The notes under the pieces are model-generated. The model saw only the letters and a program-made list of their open reading frames with translations. It was not told the origin of the DNA and searched no databases. Made by a program: the position numbers and the translations under genes. A DNA stretch of 64,000 nt, from assembly GCF_018350175.1 (NCBI RefSeq), contig NC_058369.1:20834001-20898000 (forward strand), written 5' to 3'. Shown here piece after piece: positions 11,917 to 25,100 of this stretch (its first letter is position 1; each line of letters opens with the position of its first letter). Source of the stretch: Felis catus. Lineage: Eukaryota.

Positions 11917-12337
11917 GTGAGGGCCCGCGCTTTGGGTACGGCGCCGGGCAAGGAAGTCCCCGCGTGTCTTGCCAGCCCGCGCCCCGCTCTCCCGGACGTT
12001 GGGACCCCATCCCCCACAGCACCCATCACCTGCCTGCTCGGGGTCAGCGTTCATCTCCCAGATTCTTAGCCCATTGGGCTGCCTCAGTGTACCCTATTCA
12101 GCTCCCTCCTTACATTTCCTGTTTAACTGGCCGCTTCTTTAGAATTCCTTTCTCATACTCTTTCCGTTATTCTCGAGCCCTCAACCCCCGGATAACCTCT
12201 GACCTCTCCCCGCCCAGGACTACGATCTAACTCCAGACCCAACACCCTCGATTTTATAGTTCCTGCCTCTCCCCAGTTAGCCCCAACCGTACTTCCCCTC
12301 GTTTTCCTGCCCTTCTTTATGTCCCCTCCTTTCTCAG

Positions 12338-12521
12338 TTTAGTCGTGTTAGAGCTGTGGGGGATGACCTCAGGGAAATCCTTGCCTCTGGGACCCAGAGC
12401 CCAGCTGAGTGCCTTCCTGGGGTCTGGGGATGTGAGGACCAGGAGAAGTTTAGGATCCCTAGGAGTCCTCTGCCTGGATGAATGACAGTGACTTCTTCCC
12501 TAGCCTCACTTCTCCACCTGG
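12338..12521 (+). other. ALAS1: ALAS1 alternative non-coding exon 1B homologue
   Basis: Long pyrimidine tract ending ttctcag|, donor CCTGG|gtgtgt; resembles human exon 1B from memory. Confidence 0.6.
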
Positions 12522-12924
12522 GTGTGTGCCAACGTGTTTTATCTGCACTGTGCATCTTCCTCAAGGAGCCTCTGACCTCCCAAACCTGTTCCTGACTTGT
12601 CCCTTGTTGTCTCAGCCCCTTGGTGGTTAATCATCCGTATTTACTTCACTTGGTAAAGTTGCTTTGCAGGTGCTTTTGTGTAGAGCTGGGGAATGAAAGG
12701 AGAAGTTGGTGACCTGGGTAGAGTATGGTCACCACTGATTAGTTGAGTCCCACATGAATGCTGTCCTTAGACATTATTATGTGAGACTTGTTATATCCCA
12801 GGGTACCCTTGCTATAAACTGTGGGCAACACCTGAACCCAATGGCCTTGCAGTAGTATTTGCCTGATTATTAAGTGTTGATGTCACTCATTGTCTTTCTA
12901 TAGGATCAGTGCACCCTCTCGGAC

Positions 12925-13123
12925 ATGGAGACTGTTGTTCGTCGCTGCCCATTCTTATCCAGAGTGCCTCAGGCCTTTCTGCAGAAGGCAGGCAAATCTC
13001 TGTTGTTCTATGCCCAAAACTGCCCTAAGATGATGGAAGTTGGGGCCAAGCCAGCCCCTCGGGCCCTGTCCACTTCAACAGTACACTGCCAGCAGGTCAA
13101 AGAAACCCCTCCGGCTAGTGAGA
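12925..13123 (+). CDS. ALAS1: ALAS1 coding exon 1 (exon starts at 12904; mitochondrial presequence, two CP motifs)
   Basis: Acceptor tctatag|12904, ATG at 12925, donor GAGA|gtaagt. Confidence 0.97.
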
Positions 13124-16100
13124 GTAAGTGTCATTGGCAATAAAGTAGGAGGTGGCAGTGTTAGCATTCATCACTAGACTAGAAGCACTTCTAGTCCACA
13201 GCGGTGATGGGGGCACAGTAACAGAGGGAGTTACTCTGTGTCAGGCTTGATTCTTTGCATGGACTATCTCACAGTTGGCATCCTAACCCTGCAAGTATGC
13301 ACTTTTAGTTTACCCATCTGGAAAGGTGAGACGGTGGCCAGTGTGCACCTTACAGGTTTATGGGTTGTATTCGATGTCTGTTGGAGTTTTAGTGTTCATC
13401 AGTACCTCATTCACATAAATATAAAGTTGGGATGTTCCAGTTCAACCTTTCCTTCATTAAATATTTGGCTCTTTGGCTTCTTTTTTTTTTTTTTTTTTTT
13501 TTTTTTAATAGGCTTTATTTTTTAGAGCAGTTTTAGGTTTGCAGCAAAATTGAGTGGAAGCTTTTGGCTTTTAAAGTTGTAACTTTTTTCTTTTCTAAAT
13601 TATTTTTTTTTATTGTGGTAAAATGCACCTAACATAAAACTTACCATTTCTTACCAACTGTATGTACAGTTCAGTGGTGTTAAGTACATTCATATGTTTT
13701 TAAATTTTTTTTAAGCTTATTTATTTTGAGAGAGACAGAAACAGCAAGAGCAGGGGAAGGGCAGAGAGAGAGAGAGACAGAGAGAATCCCAAGCAGGCTC
13801 CACACTGTCAGTGCAGAGCCCGACCACCATCCAATTTCCAGAGCTCTTCAGCATCCCAAACTGAAACTCTGTGCTCATTCAACACTAACTCCCCCCCCCG
13901 CCCCACCCCCCGCAAATACCATTCCACTTTGTTTCTGAATTTGACTGCTCTAGAAGCCTCACATAAATGGAATCATAGAATTCATTAGTGATTTTTTTAA
14001 TACATGTATCTTTATTTTATGTATGAATCTTTAAATTTTTTTAATGTTTATTTATTTTTGAGAGAGGCAGACATGAAGCAGACTCCAGGCTCTGAGCTGT
14101 CAGCACAGAGCCTGACATGAGGCTCGAATTCACGAACCGTGAGATCATGACCTGAGCCGAAGTGGGACGCTTAACTGACTGAGCCACCCAGACGCCCCTA
14201 AATTTTGTTTTTAATAAAGAGATCAGAGTTGGATGTAGTTTTTCTCTGGCTCTACCAGGAGAGGATGTGGCTTTTCAGGTTTCACTTAATCCTAGAGAAT
14301 AATTTACCTTGTAAACTCTGTTAGGTGTGTTCTCTGGATGTGTTTCTTGTAAGAAAGGAGTGTTTTGTTTTGTTTTTGTAAGCAGAAAGGATATAATCCT
14401 GTGTAGGATTTCTTTTCCTCTTTACTCTTTTAGGAGTTAGTTATGTGTTTTTCCTGAATAGTCAAGATCCTCTTTTACTATTCTGTCCCTAGTATAGAGG
14501 AAGTTGAGTAAAACGTGGCTTGTTCACTTGATAGATGTTGCAGCCATTGCAAATGGTATTCACAGCTATTTTGATCTTTATAATGAAAAGGGCAAAATAA
14601 GCAAGCACATGCAGAATAAGTAAAACTGTTTTTTAAACTTGCACATATGTAAAAAAATATGTTTTTAAAAAAACATAATTTACTAAGATGCCTGCAGTGG
14701 TTATGTTTTGAATGATAGAATGCTTTTTTTCTAGATTTCCCACAGTGGATGTGTATTACTTTTATAATGAATGACATGGACTTCAAAGCAATTTTTTGAT
14801 TTTATAGAAAATTTTAATGAAAACTGCATTGAGACATCTTACCAAGTTGTAGAAGTTAGCCTCTGACTCACAGTATTCCAGGAAGATGCAGAATAAGACT
14901 TTACTAGAAGGAAGGTGAATGAATTTGCTTCAGGGGAAAGGAGAGTCATTGTGAGTAGAAGCACAATTACCAGCCAACTGTGTTAAGTCAGTGAACTAGT
15001 TTGATGCATTTAGATGAGCTAGTAGATGCTGTGTATGTGATATCCGTGTGGTTTTTTCTTGGCATATACTAATACTTTGAATTCTGTTAGACAAAAATGT
15101 AAAGAGTTCACTTTTAGCCTAATTTCTTTTGTTAAGAAGAAAATCAGTAGTTTGTATGTTAAGCAACAACAAGCCTTTTTGTCAAGAACATGTTTTGAAA
15201 ATATAAGCAGAGAGGGGCACCTGGGTGGCTCAGTCAGTTGAGTGTCTGACTTCAGCTCAGGTCATGATCTCGGGTTTGTGAGTTCAGGCCCCACGTCAGG
15301 CTCTGGACTGACAGCATGGAGCCTGGAGCCTGCTTCAGATTCTCTGTCTCCCTCTCTCTGCACCTCTCCTGCTTGTTCGTGCTCTCTCCTCAAAAATAAA
15401 CATTAAAAAAATTAAAATATATATATAAGCAGAGAAAAAAATTCTATGAACATTTCTCCTTACCTTCAAGAGTGTGTCCCCTCCTGAAATATGTTGTGTG
15501 TCGTTAGGGTAGATTTACTGAAATCCATCTCAAGAACTGTTGGCTGTCTGAAACTAGAAAATACTACTTTTGGTGGATTTATAAGGGAAAAATACTGTGG
15601 GTTTGAAAGGTAACTAGATCATGCCAGTTAACTCCTCACAGGCACATTGATTCCAGTGAGGCAGATGAGAAAACGGTTCAATTAGCAGAATCTAATAAAA
15701 GTCAACTTGTGCCTAAAATGTGAGGGTAGAGTAAGTATAAAACTTCTCTGTGAGGCAATAAGAGAAAGAAACAAGGGGCTTTCTTGCGTGTTGTGCAACC
15801 AGATCTGATGCTTCAGTTTTTCCATTTCACCCCCCAGAGGACAAAACTGCCAAAGCCGAGGGTCAGCAGGCTCCTGATGGATCCCAGCAGACTCCAGATG
15901 GCACACAGATTCCGTCTGGACATCCCTCCCTTGCCACAAGCCAGGGCACTGCGAGCAAATGCCCTTTCCTGGCAGCCCAGATGAGCCAGAAGGGCAGCAG
16001 CGTCTTCTGCAAAGCCAGTCTAGAGCTTCAGGAGGATGTGCAGGAAATGCATGCCGTGAGGAAAGGTAAACAGATGACTGGAACCATTAGGAGGAGTACA

Positions 16101-19100
16101 GAGGTCCTTTTGGTTCTTTTGATCCTCCAGATTTATGTATGAGCTCTTATTAGGGTAGTATTTGTATAGAAACTTCCTCTTTTAGGGCCAAGGAAGAAGG
16201 TCATCAAGATAGGAGTCCTAGTACCATATGACAAAATGTGGGACTTTCTTCCTGGTGTGTGTGTAGGATATGACCACCTTTTATAGTAATTGCTTCATTT
16301 CTGAAAATACCCTGATGGTGTAAGCTGTTACAAAACTGCCCTTTCTTTCTTTCCTGCTATCTGGTGGGATAAAAGGTAAAAAAATAATACTGCAATAATT
16401 GATGGTCTTAGGACTCCCAAGCTGTGTGTCTTACTGATGATGATTAAGAGGCAACCTTAATTCCAGTTGTGGCTATGTCCACAGAGCACCCAGGGTCCCC
16501 AGAAAACCTCACCAGCAGAAATGATGCATATGGCTGGAATTGTTTTCCATGAAGAAAATTGAGATTAGGGTTGGGTGGAGTGGGAAGGTGGGGAAGGCAT
16601 GCCAACCGGCTAGAAAGCTTTGGACTTTAATGTTTATTAAAGCTGTCTGGTAGCTCTGAAAACAAAAGAAAACAACACCAGGCGTTGACCATTAAAATAA
16701 AAGGGAGGGAGAAAACTTCATACACTCAGTTACTACTAACTTTGGTTATGATCATTTTTTTTTGGTGAACTAGACAGTAATTCACTTTTGACAATATTTT
16801 GACAATTCAATATTGTGAACTCAAAATAGAATGTTGGTTCCCTTCACTTGTTACTTTTGTTACAGAGGTTGCCCAAACCTCAGTGAACCCCGGTGTGATT
16901 AGTGTGAAGACCGACAGTGGGGAGCCAAGTGGGTTGCTGAAGAACTTCCAGGATATCATGCGAAAGCAAAGACCAGAAAGAGTATCCCATCTTCTTCAAG
17001 ATAACTTGCCAAAATGTACGTCTCATCATTATTTGCCTGATGCAGGAGAGGGTTTTTAACGTAAACATACATTAGATTAAATACAAGATTGCATGGTGAG
17101 TTGTGGATTAAAAGCTATGTGTTTTGCTTGATACAAGTAGGTGTTCTTGGCCATAGTAAATACAAATCCTGTTGGTAACCTGCCTTCTGTCCCTTAATAC
17201 CTACCTTTCTGTGCCCTAGCCCAGTATTAAACAGTTGACATACACAGTCTCATTTGAAAGCTTCACGATCTCAAGATGAGGATGTCATGTAACTTGCCCA
17301 CATGAGTACTTCATTAATTTGTCCAGAAACTCCCTGCCATTAGATGACCAAGCGGGGGTTGGAACCCAGGTCTTTTGCCAAAGCCCAGATGTGCTTCCTA
17401 ACCATCAGACTGTCCCATCTTTGGTTTTTAGCTGTTTCCACTTTTCAGTATGATCGTTTCTTTGAGAAGAAAATTGATGAGAAAAAAAATGACCATACCT
17501 ATCGAGTTTTTAAAACTGTGAACCGGAGGGCACACATCTTTCCCATGGCGGATGACTATTCGGACTCTCTCATCACCAAAAAGCAGGTGTCGGTCTGGTG
17601 TAGCAATGACTACCTGGGAATGAGTCGCCATCCACGAGTGTGTGGGGCAGTCATGTAAGTAGCCCTCAGCTTTCAGATACCGCTGAAATTGCCAATTATT
17701 TGGCAAGACATTGATGATTTAGAGGGATTGGATCTTTTATGGGGGGAATATTTAGCAGCTGAAAGTGTACCATAGCAAAATACTATTCTCAGCCTTTGAA
17801 AATATCTACAGATTACTTTTTTTAATTAAAAAAAATTTTTTAATGTTTATTTATTTTTGAGAGAGAGAGGGCAAGTGGGGGAAGAGAGCAGAGAGACACA
17901 GAATCCCAAGCAGGCTTCACACTGTCAGTGCAGAGCCTGATGTGGGGCTTGAAGCCACGAACCGTGAGATCATGACCTGAACCAAAACTAAGAGGCGCTT
18001 AACTGATTGACCCACCCAGGCGCCCCTCTGCAGATTACTTTTAAAAGAACTCGAGCGCACAAGTAGTTGGTAGAGCCCCTTTGTGTATGAGGGTTCAAGT
18101 TTATTGGCTCATTGACTCCTCCTGTCTATTCACCCACTACCACTCCTTAAGTGAGTGTGCCTTTAACACCAGGCAGCCTTGCACAGAGGCATCCCTGCTG
18201 AAACTTTGGATGGAGAGCTATAAATCTAGCAGCACTGGAGGAAAAGCTACTTCAAAAAGACATTTAAAAAAGATGGTAGATCCTGTCATTCATGTTCTTT
18301 AGGAGGTTCGCCTGGCTGAGGACACTTGAGAGAGTTGCTTGTCAAAGTCTCCAAGGAGGTTTGCTAAAGAGAGTCCAGTCTGAGGTGTGTTGATAGATAA
18401 ATCCTAACATTATGTGACTGGTTTTCGGAGGGTTTAGGTTCAGGTAACCGCCATCCAGGATGTCCATGTAGCGACTGATGTGTTTGGAGAGAAGGGTATT
18501 TGTCAGAATAAAGAAGCCTTAGTAAATTAACTCAGCTAATACTAAGTACTTAGTTGATTGATAAACGAACACTTGTTTTTGATCCCTGGAGTTATCCTCA
18601 GGGTATCATCATCCTGGTGTTGACACCAAATGCCACCTAGTCTGAAGATGAAGTCAGTTGAAACTTCTGGCTCCTGGTTTCACCATGAGAGAGTGCTAGA
18701 TCAATGTAAGGTTCAGTATCCTAGCTCCTAGGGAGAGGAATGATTCACATAGTGTTCAGAACCATGAGATTTATTTTCTGCTCCCTCCCCAATTTTTTTT
18801 TTTTCTTTAAATAAAAGGGACACTTTGAAACAACATGGTGCTGGAGCAGGTGGTACTAGAAATATTTCAGGAACTAGTAAATTCCATGTGGACCTGGAGC
18901 AGGAGCTGGCTGATTTACATGGGAAAGATGCAGCACTCTTGTTTTCCTCCTGCTTTGTGGCCAACGACTCGACCCTGTTCACTCTGGCTAGGATGATGCC
19001 GGGTAAGGAAGCCTGTCATGGGTGCCTTAGAGTTTTTTGAGTTTCCTAGTAATAGCAGGGATATTGACAACAAAGAGGGCTTACCAAAAACAGTTAAGAG

Positions 19101-22100
19101 CAGTGATAGTATCTGGGAGCATTTTTCCTTGAATTGAGCATCAAGTGCTCACTGCACATGAAAAGTTCCAGCAGCAAATGATACTAATGAAGAAGCAGAT
19201 TTGAAGGGCTGTCCTTAAGCTAATTGCTTCAAATGTGTGTTGTCTGCTAGGAAAATCCTTTGGAGAATTCTGTTAATCATTGGTAGTTATCTTTTGATAA
19301 AGTTTGGAATGAGGTGGCCAGATTTAAGAGCAGATTGGTTGTCTGCCCAGTGGTTATTCTATTCTACACCTATGGGCCTTCTCAAAAGAGAAGCACTAGT
19401 TCATGGTTTTCCCGGGAAGAAACTGGCAAGCAGTGTCTTTCCTACTGGGCAAAGCAGCACTTTCAGGGCAAAGTCTGTTGTCCCTGACTGTCTAGGAAAT
19501 AATTTGTCTTTGGTGCAGATGGCTTGATAAATAGTGAGGTTTTTTGTATCCTGTTAGGCTGTGAGATTTACTCTGATTCTGGGAACCATGCCTCCATGAT
19601 CCAAGGGATTCGGAACAGCCGAGTGCCAAAGTACATCTTCCGCCACAATGACGTCAGCCACCTCAGAGAACTGTTACAGAGATCTGACCCCTCGGTCCCC
19701 AAGATTGTCGCCTTTGAAACCGTCCACTCAATGGATGGTAAGTCTAAGTAGAGGCCAGTCTGAAACCTTAAATGAAAAACAAGCTGGGCCTGGACTCTTT
19801 AAATAAAGTGTAATGTTTATTTTGTTTTTGCAGTTTCTTTTCATTCTGCTAGGAATTCGTATTTGGTGGGCATTGTATAGGTTTGAGGGAACGTAGGTTT
19901 TTTTATTCTGGCTTTTACTAGGCTCTGAGAACCTTAGATAAACTAGAAACTGGGGGAAATTCATTGTCCTTCCCAGTATTAAAAATGATATCTTTAGAAC
20001 ATAAACTGTTTTGTTCTGACTGACTCTTACCAAGCAGAAATTTGTGAAGTAGCAAGCTCTTCAAGGCAGTCTGTGTTCTTTCCTCAGGGGCAGTGTGCCC
20101 ACTGGAAGAGCTATGTGATGTGGCGCATGAGTTTGGAGCAATCACCTTTGTGGATGAGGTCCATGCCGTGGGACTGTATGGGGCTCGAGGTGGAGGGATT
20201 GGTGATCGTGACGGAGTTATGCCCAAAATGGACATCATTTCTGGAACGCTTGGTATGTATACTCTCCACATTCTGTAATCTGCACTAAAGTTATATTTTC
20301 CTGGGGCTCCTGGGTGGCTCAGTTAAGCATCGCTCAGGTCATGATCTCGTGGTTTGTGAGTTCGAGCCCCGCATCGGGCTCCACACTGACAGTGCACAGC
20401 CTGCTAGGCATTCTCTGTCTCCTCTCTCTGCCCCTCTTTCTCTCTCAAAAGAAATAAACTTTAAAAAAATTTTTTAAAAATAAAGTTGTATCTTCCTATC
20501 AAGGCCCCAGGACTAACTGGGGTCAGGTGAAGAGACAGTGTGATAGCATTTAAAGCCTGGGCCACTTTCTGGATGAGTTTGTATATTCTCGGTGGTGGCA
20601 CAGCTTAGCAGAATCCCTTGAATCGTGGAGGCATGATTCCCAGAATTAAATCTCACAGCCTAATATGACAAATACCATTTGTTGCCATCCAAGCTCATTC
20701 CAAACATAGTTGCGGTTCTAGCTACATGGCAACAGCGTTTACTTTCTGTACTTGAGATTGTTCCATTATATTGAAGAATCCTAGCCATGTTTTAGAGCAT
20801 TTGTTGGGACCTACGGGTTCAGGTGTGTGAAGCACTGAGCTCTGTGCCCACTACATGGAGACCATTGCAGTTCACTCTGGCTACTCTATCTGCTCCTCCT
20901 GGGTGAGAAGCATTATCTCATGGGGCTGGCCGCTGTAGCCATGTTGCCTGCTGGCTGGCCATAAATCCCATCTGCATAGCTCCCTGGCTGTGTAACCTGG
21001 AATTGCACCTCAGTTTCCTCACCGATACAGGTTTTCCCACTACCTAAAAGTGGAGTGTCCCTTTGAAACGTTTCGTAAGACAAGATGGCATAAAGCAAAG
21101 ACACAGGTGCTCACAGACGCAGATCAAAGCTCTGGTGGCCTGACGCTGGGGTGCCGCCTGTGCTTCCCGGGGATAGGGCTGGGCAGGGCCACTTTCGTTG
21201 CTTGGGGTACGCAGTGCCAAACACTGGAGGCTATTTTCACCTTCCACTTTTTCTCATAAAAGTGAAAGCCCTCTCAGATTTCTTCCGGTGAGTGAAAACC
21301 AAGTACTAATGTAGGTCTTTCATAAAAGCAAAGTGGCATAACAACTTTTGAAAAGTAGGGACACCTGTATAAGGGAGCTAACAAGCCCTACCTCAGTTTT
21401 TGTGGAGAAGATAAGTAAACATGTGCAAGCAATTACCATAGACCTTCTCTTTGCCTATGAGGAGTCTAAGATGAAAATGTGAACTGTAAAGCTCTGAAGA
21501 TTTCAAAAGTTAGTAAGGCAGGGGCTCCTGGGTGGCTCAGTCGGGTAAGTGTCCGACTTTGGCTCAGGTCATGATCTCACGGTTTGTGGGTTTGAGCCCC
21601 ACATCAGGCTCTGTGCTGACAGCTTAGAGCCTGGAGCCTGCTTCAGATTATCTGTCTCCCTCTCTCTCTGGCCCTTCCCTCTCGAGCTCTGTGTCTCTCT
21701 CTCTCTCTCAAAAGTAAATAAACATTAAAAAAAAAAAAAGGCAGTTGGAGACCCGTGTAGCACTCTGCTGAAATGCCAGTTTACAGCCTGCATTAAGGAA
21801 GGGCAGGCCTAAGAGAGTGTCCACCAGCACTGTCTAGGGGCTGAGAACCTTGGGCAAACCAGGAGAGGTCAGGGGTCTCAGGGTAGAGCCCCTGCCAGGA
21901 GAAGAGCACTTGTTCGTATGTCTTAATTACAGCAACCATTTTCTTCCAAAGAGCTCTTGTGATGCGGGCTTTGTGAAGGTGTAGTCATTGTGAGCTGGAA
22001 CAGACTGGAGAGAGAAATTTTCCACTGTAAGAGCTCACACCAACCCAGCCCTGTGTGGGGTTCAAGCAGGAATGTTAATTACAGAACACAATGTTAACAT

Positions 22101-25100
22101 CTAGAAGGACTCTTCTCGAGCCCTTAATCCTGAAACTTGAGCTACAGATTATACAAAGGGATTTGAGGAGAATCAAAAAGTGAGGTGGGCCCTAAATCAA
22201 CCCTAACAGGTTCTGAGTTTTCATTTTTCTCTGGGCGATGCTGCTTGTCCGAGTTGAGTGTTTACTTAGGTAGGAGACCATTCTGGTCACACCAAAACAG
22301 TTGATGTCTTAGCTGGGTTACATTCTAGCCTCCGGGGGAATGCTCACGGCGAGAGGATTCCGATCCTGTCCCAGAGAGCATGCACCACGTACCATGCACA
22401 ACGTGGGAGGTGGCGCCCTGCCCACTGGGGGAGCAGCCAGTCCGGGTGGGAAGAGACACAGCGGCATGCTCTTCAGGCGCACGGGATGGGTCGCTCAGTG
22501 CTAGGTCTGCTGTGGAGACCTGTCCTTTGATCCTAGTCAGATACCAGCGTGGCCATGTGAATTAGGGGAGGACCCTTTCATAACCTCCTCAACTTTCTCC
22601 CTTTCAGAAATCGGTGGACATTCCTTTACTTTATAGTCTTAGGGCACGTTGAGGAGACAAAGATGCTCTAAGGCTGTGCAGCGTCTTGCTGGTACATTTA
22701 GGGGCAGTTGCTATAGTAAATGTGGCTGTCTCCTCCTAGGCAAAGCCTTTGGCTGTGTTGGAGGGTACATTGCCAGCACGAGTTCTCTGATCGACACGGT
22801 ACGGTCCTATGCGGCTGGCTTCATCTTCACCACCTCCCTGCCGCCCATGCTGCTGGCTGGAGCCCTGGAGTCTGTGCGGATCCTGAAGAGTGCTGAGGGG
22901 CGGGCGCTTCGCCGCCAGCACCAACGCAACGTCAAGCTCATGAGGCAGATGCTCATGGACGCGGGCCTCCCAGTTGTCCACTGCCCCAGTCACATCATCC
23001 CTGTCCGGGTAATGACCTGTCTGTGACTGGACTTGCTGGGGGCTGTGCCTCTGCACATGACGTGTGAGATGTTCTGTTTCGTGCCTTCTTGAAGTTGAGG
23101 GAGGCAGGGGGGTTGCTGGGGCAGGGGGCTGTAGTCAGTGGCCCTCTGTTCATTGCTGCCTTTGGCTGACTTCACAGTGAAAATGAAGGCTTTGAACCCA
23201 GCAGGCTAGAGCAGAGGTTCCTTCTCCACAACACTGGCCTTAAAAGGGTAAACACAAAGCTTCTGTCTGAAAAGTTCCGGGAGCCTAAACTTGGCTCGCT
23301 TTGAAGTATGGCTTTTTATTCAGTTAATTTTGAAATAGGTCTTGCCCTTTCCACTGTAAATAGTAGACTGTTGGTGTCACAGTTGAATTAGTAGAATTAA
23401 TACAGCTAGTACAATCAAAGCTGCTTCATTCCCACGGTATGCACATCCCTGGATAGGAGAATTAGCTGGCATCAACTGAAGTTGAAGCTTGGGAGGGAGA
23501 TCAGTGTGAAATTGGCTTCTTACGTGGTTTCCATCCCCCGGACCATACTAAGCACAGCTGGGCCCTTTAAGTTGCAGGCTTGCACTGCTGCTTGAGCCTG
23601 AGCCTCCTGAGTGCCGTGTGCATTAGAATTGCTGCTAAGAGGCAGTCCACGCTGTTGTGACCTTACCTTCTGTTGTCAAACTTAGGTTGCAGATGCCGCG
23701 AAAAACACTGAAGTGTGTGATGAACTAATGAGCAGACATAACATCTATGTCCAGGCAATCAATTACCCCACGGTGCCCCGGGGGGAGGAGCTCCTGCGGA
23801 TCGCCCCCACTCCTCACCACACACCGCAGATGATGAACTACTTCCTTGGTGAGTACCTGGAGAGTGCCGGGACCTCCTCACTGGAGAGTTGCATAAAGCT
23901 GTCTTTGCGGTGTGTATAATCGAAGCCCTTCAAAGGCATTCAGAACTGTTTCTTTCTCCAGGTAATTAAGAATGCTCTCAGATGGTATAAAACTGTAAAA
24001 GACGTTTGTTTGATTCACTTTAAGGGGTATACGCCTGCTTTTAGAAGCTCTGAGGGAGCCTGCTCATCCACCCACCGTTTCCATTGCCCCCTTGTCAGGG
24101 TGACTCAAAGATATACGGTGACGGCTGGGGAGTAGAGAGAGGTCTCTGAAGGCTTTAGTCTGCCCTGGCCCTCTGGAGCTCGGCCTGGGGCTTCGATTCC
24201 CTTGAGGTGCAGTCCCTGAAGCAACCCCCCCTCCCCCCCCCCCCCCCCCCCCCCCCGCCTAACACCTTCTGATAAGCGTAATTGTTCAGTGTTTTATACT
24301 GCTTGTGGTTCTGTACAACCCAACTCAGCACCCCCATGTCCAACCTGAAGGCAGAGATCCAGGAGCTGCTTTCAGCCACAGGTTGGTTCTGCCTCCTGAG
24401 CCTCCTCAGGTGGTCCTGCTTGCCTTAAAACTGCATTATTGAGATATAATTTACATACCACAAATTTCACCCTTTTAAAGTACACAGTTCTGGGGGTCTT
24501 AGGTCCATCATGATGCTGTGCAACCGTCACCACTATCTGATTCCAGGACCTTTTCATCACCCTGGAGAGAAACCCCATACCCATGAGCAGCCATGCCGTC
24601 CCCTTTCCCCAGCCTCTGTCAGCTGCTGACCCCTTTCCGCCTCTGTGGATTTGCCCATGCTTTACATTTCACATAACTGGCATCATACCCTACATAGGTT
24701 CTTTATGCCTGACTTCTTTACAGCACAGTGTTTTCAGGGTTCACCTGTGTTGTAGCCTGAATCCTCACTTTCTTTTTATACCGAATAATCTTTTGTATGG
24801 ACATACCACATTGTGTTTATCCATCAGTTGATGGACATTTAGGTTGTTTCTGCTTTTTGACTGTTACGAAAATAATGCCACTGGCAACGTTTGTGTTTGA
24901 CTTTTTTTTTTTTAAATGTTTGTTTATTTTTGAGAGAGAGACAGAGTGCGAGCAGGGGTGGGTCAGAGAGAGAGGGGGCACAGAATCTGAAGCAGGCTTC
25001 AGGCTCCCGAGTTGTCAGCACAGAGCCCGATGTGGGGCTCGAACTCATGAGCCGTGAGATCATGGCTTGAGCTGAAGTCAGATGCTTAACTGACTGAGCC

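Noticed and set aside
15214..15300. tRNA-like A/B-box sequences (ggtggctcagtc...gagttc) in many places
   Set aside because: These are tRNA-derived SINE heads followed by (CT)n and poly-A, not tRNA genes.
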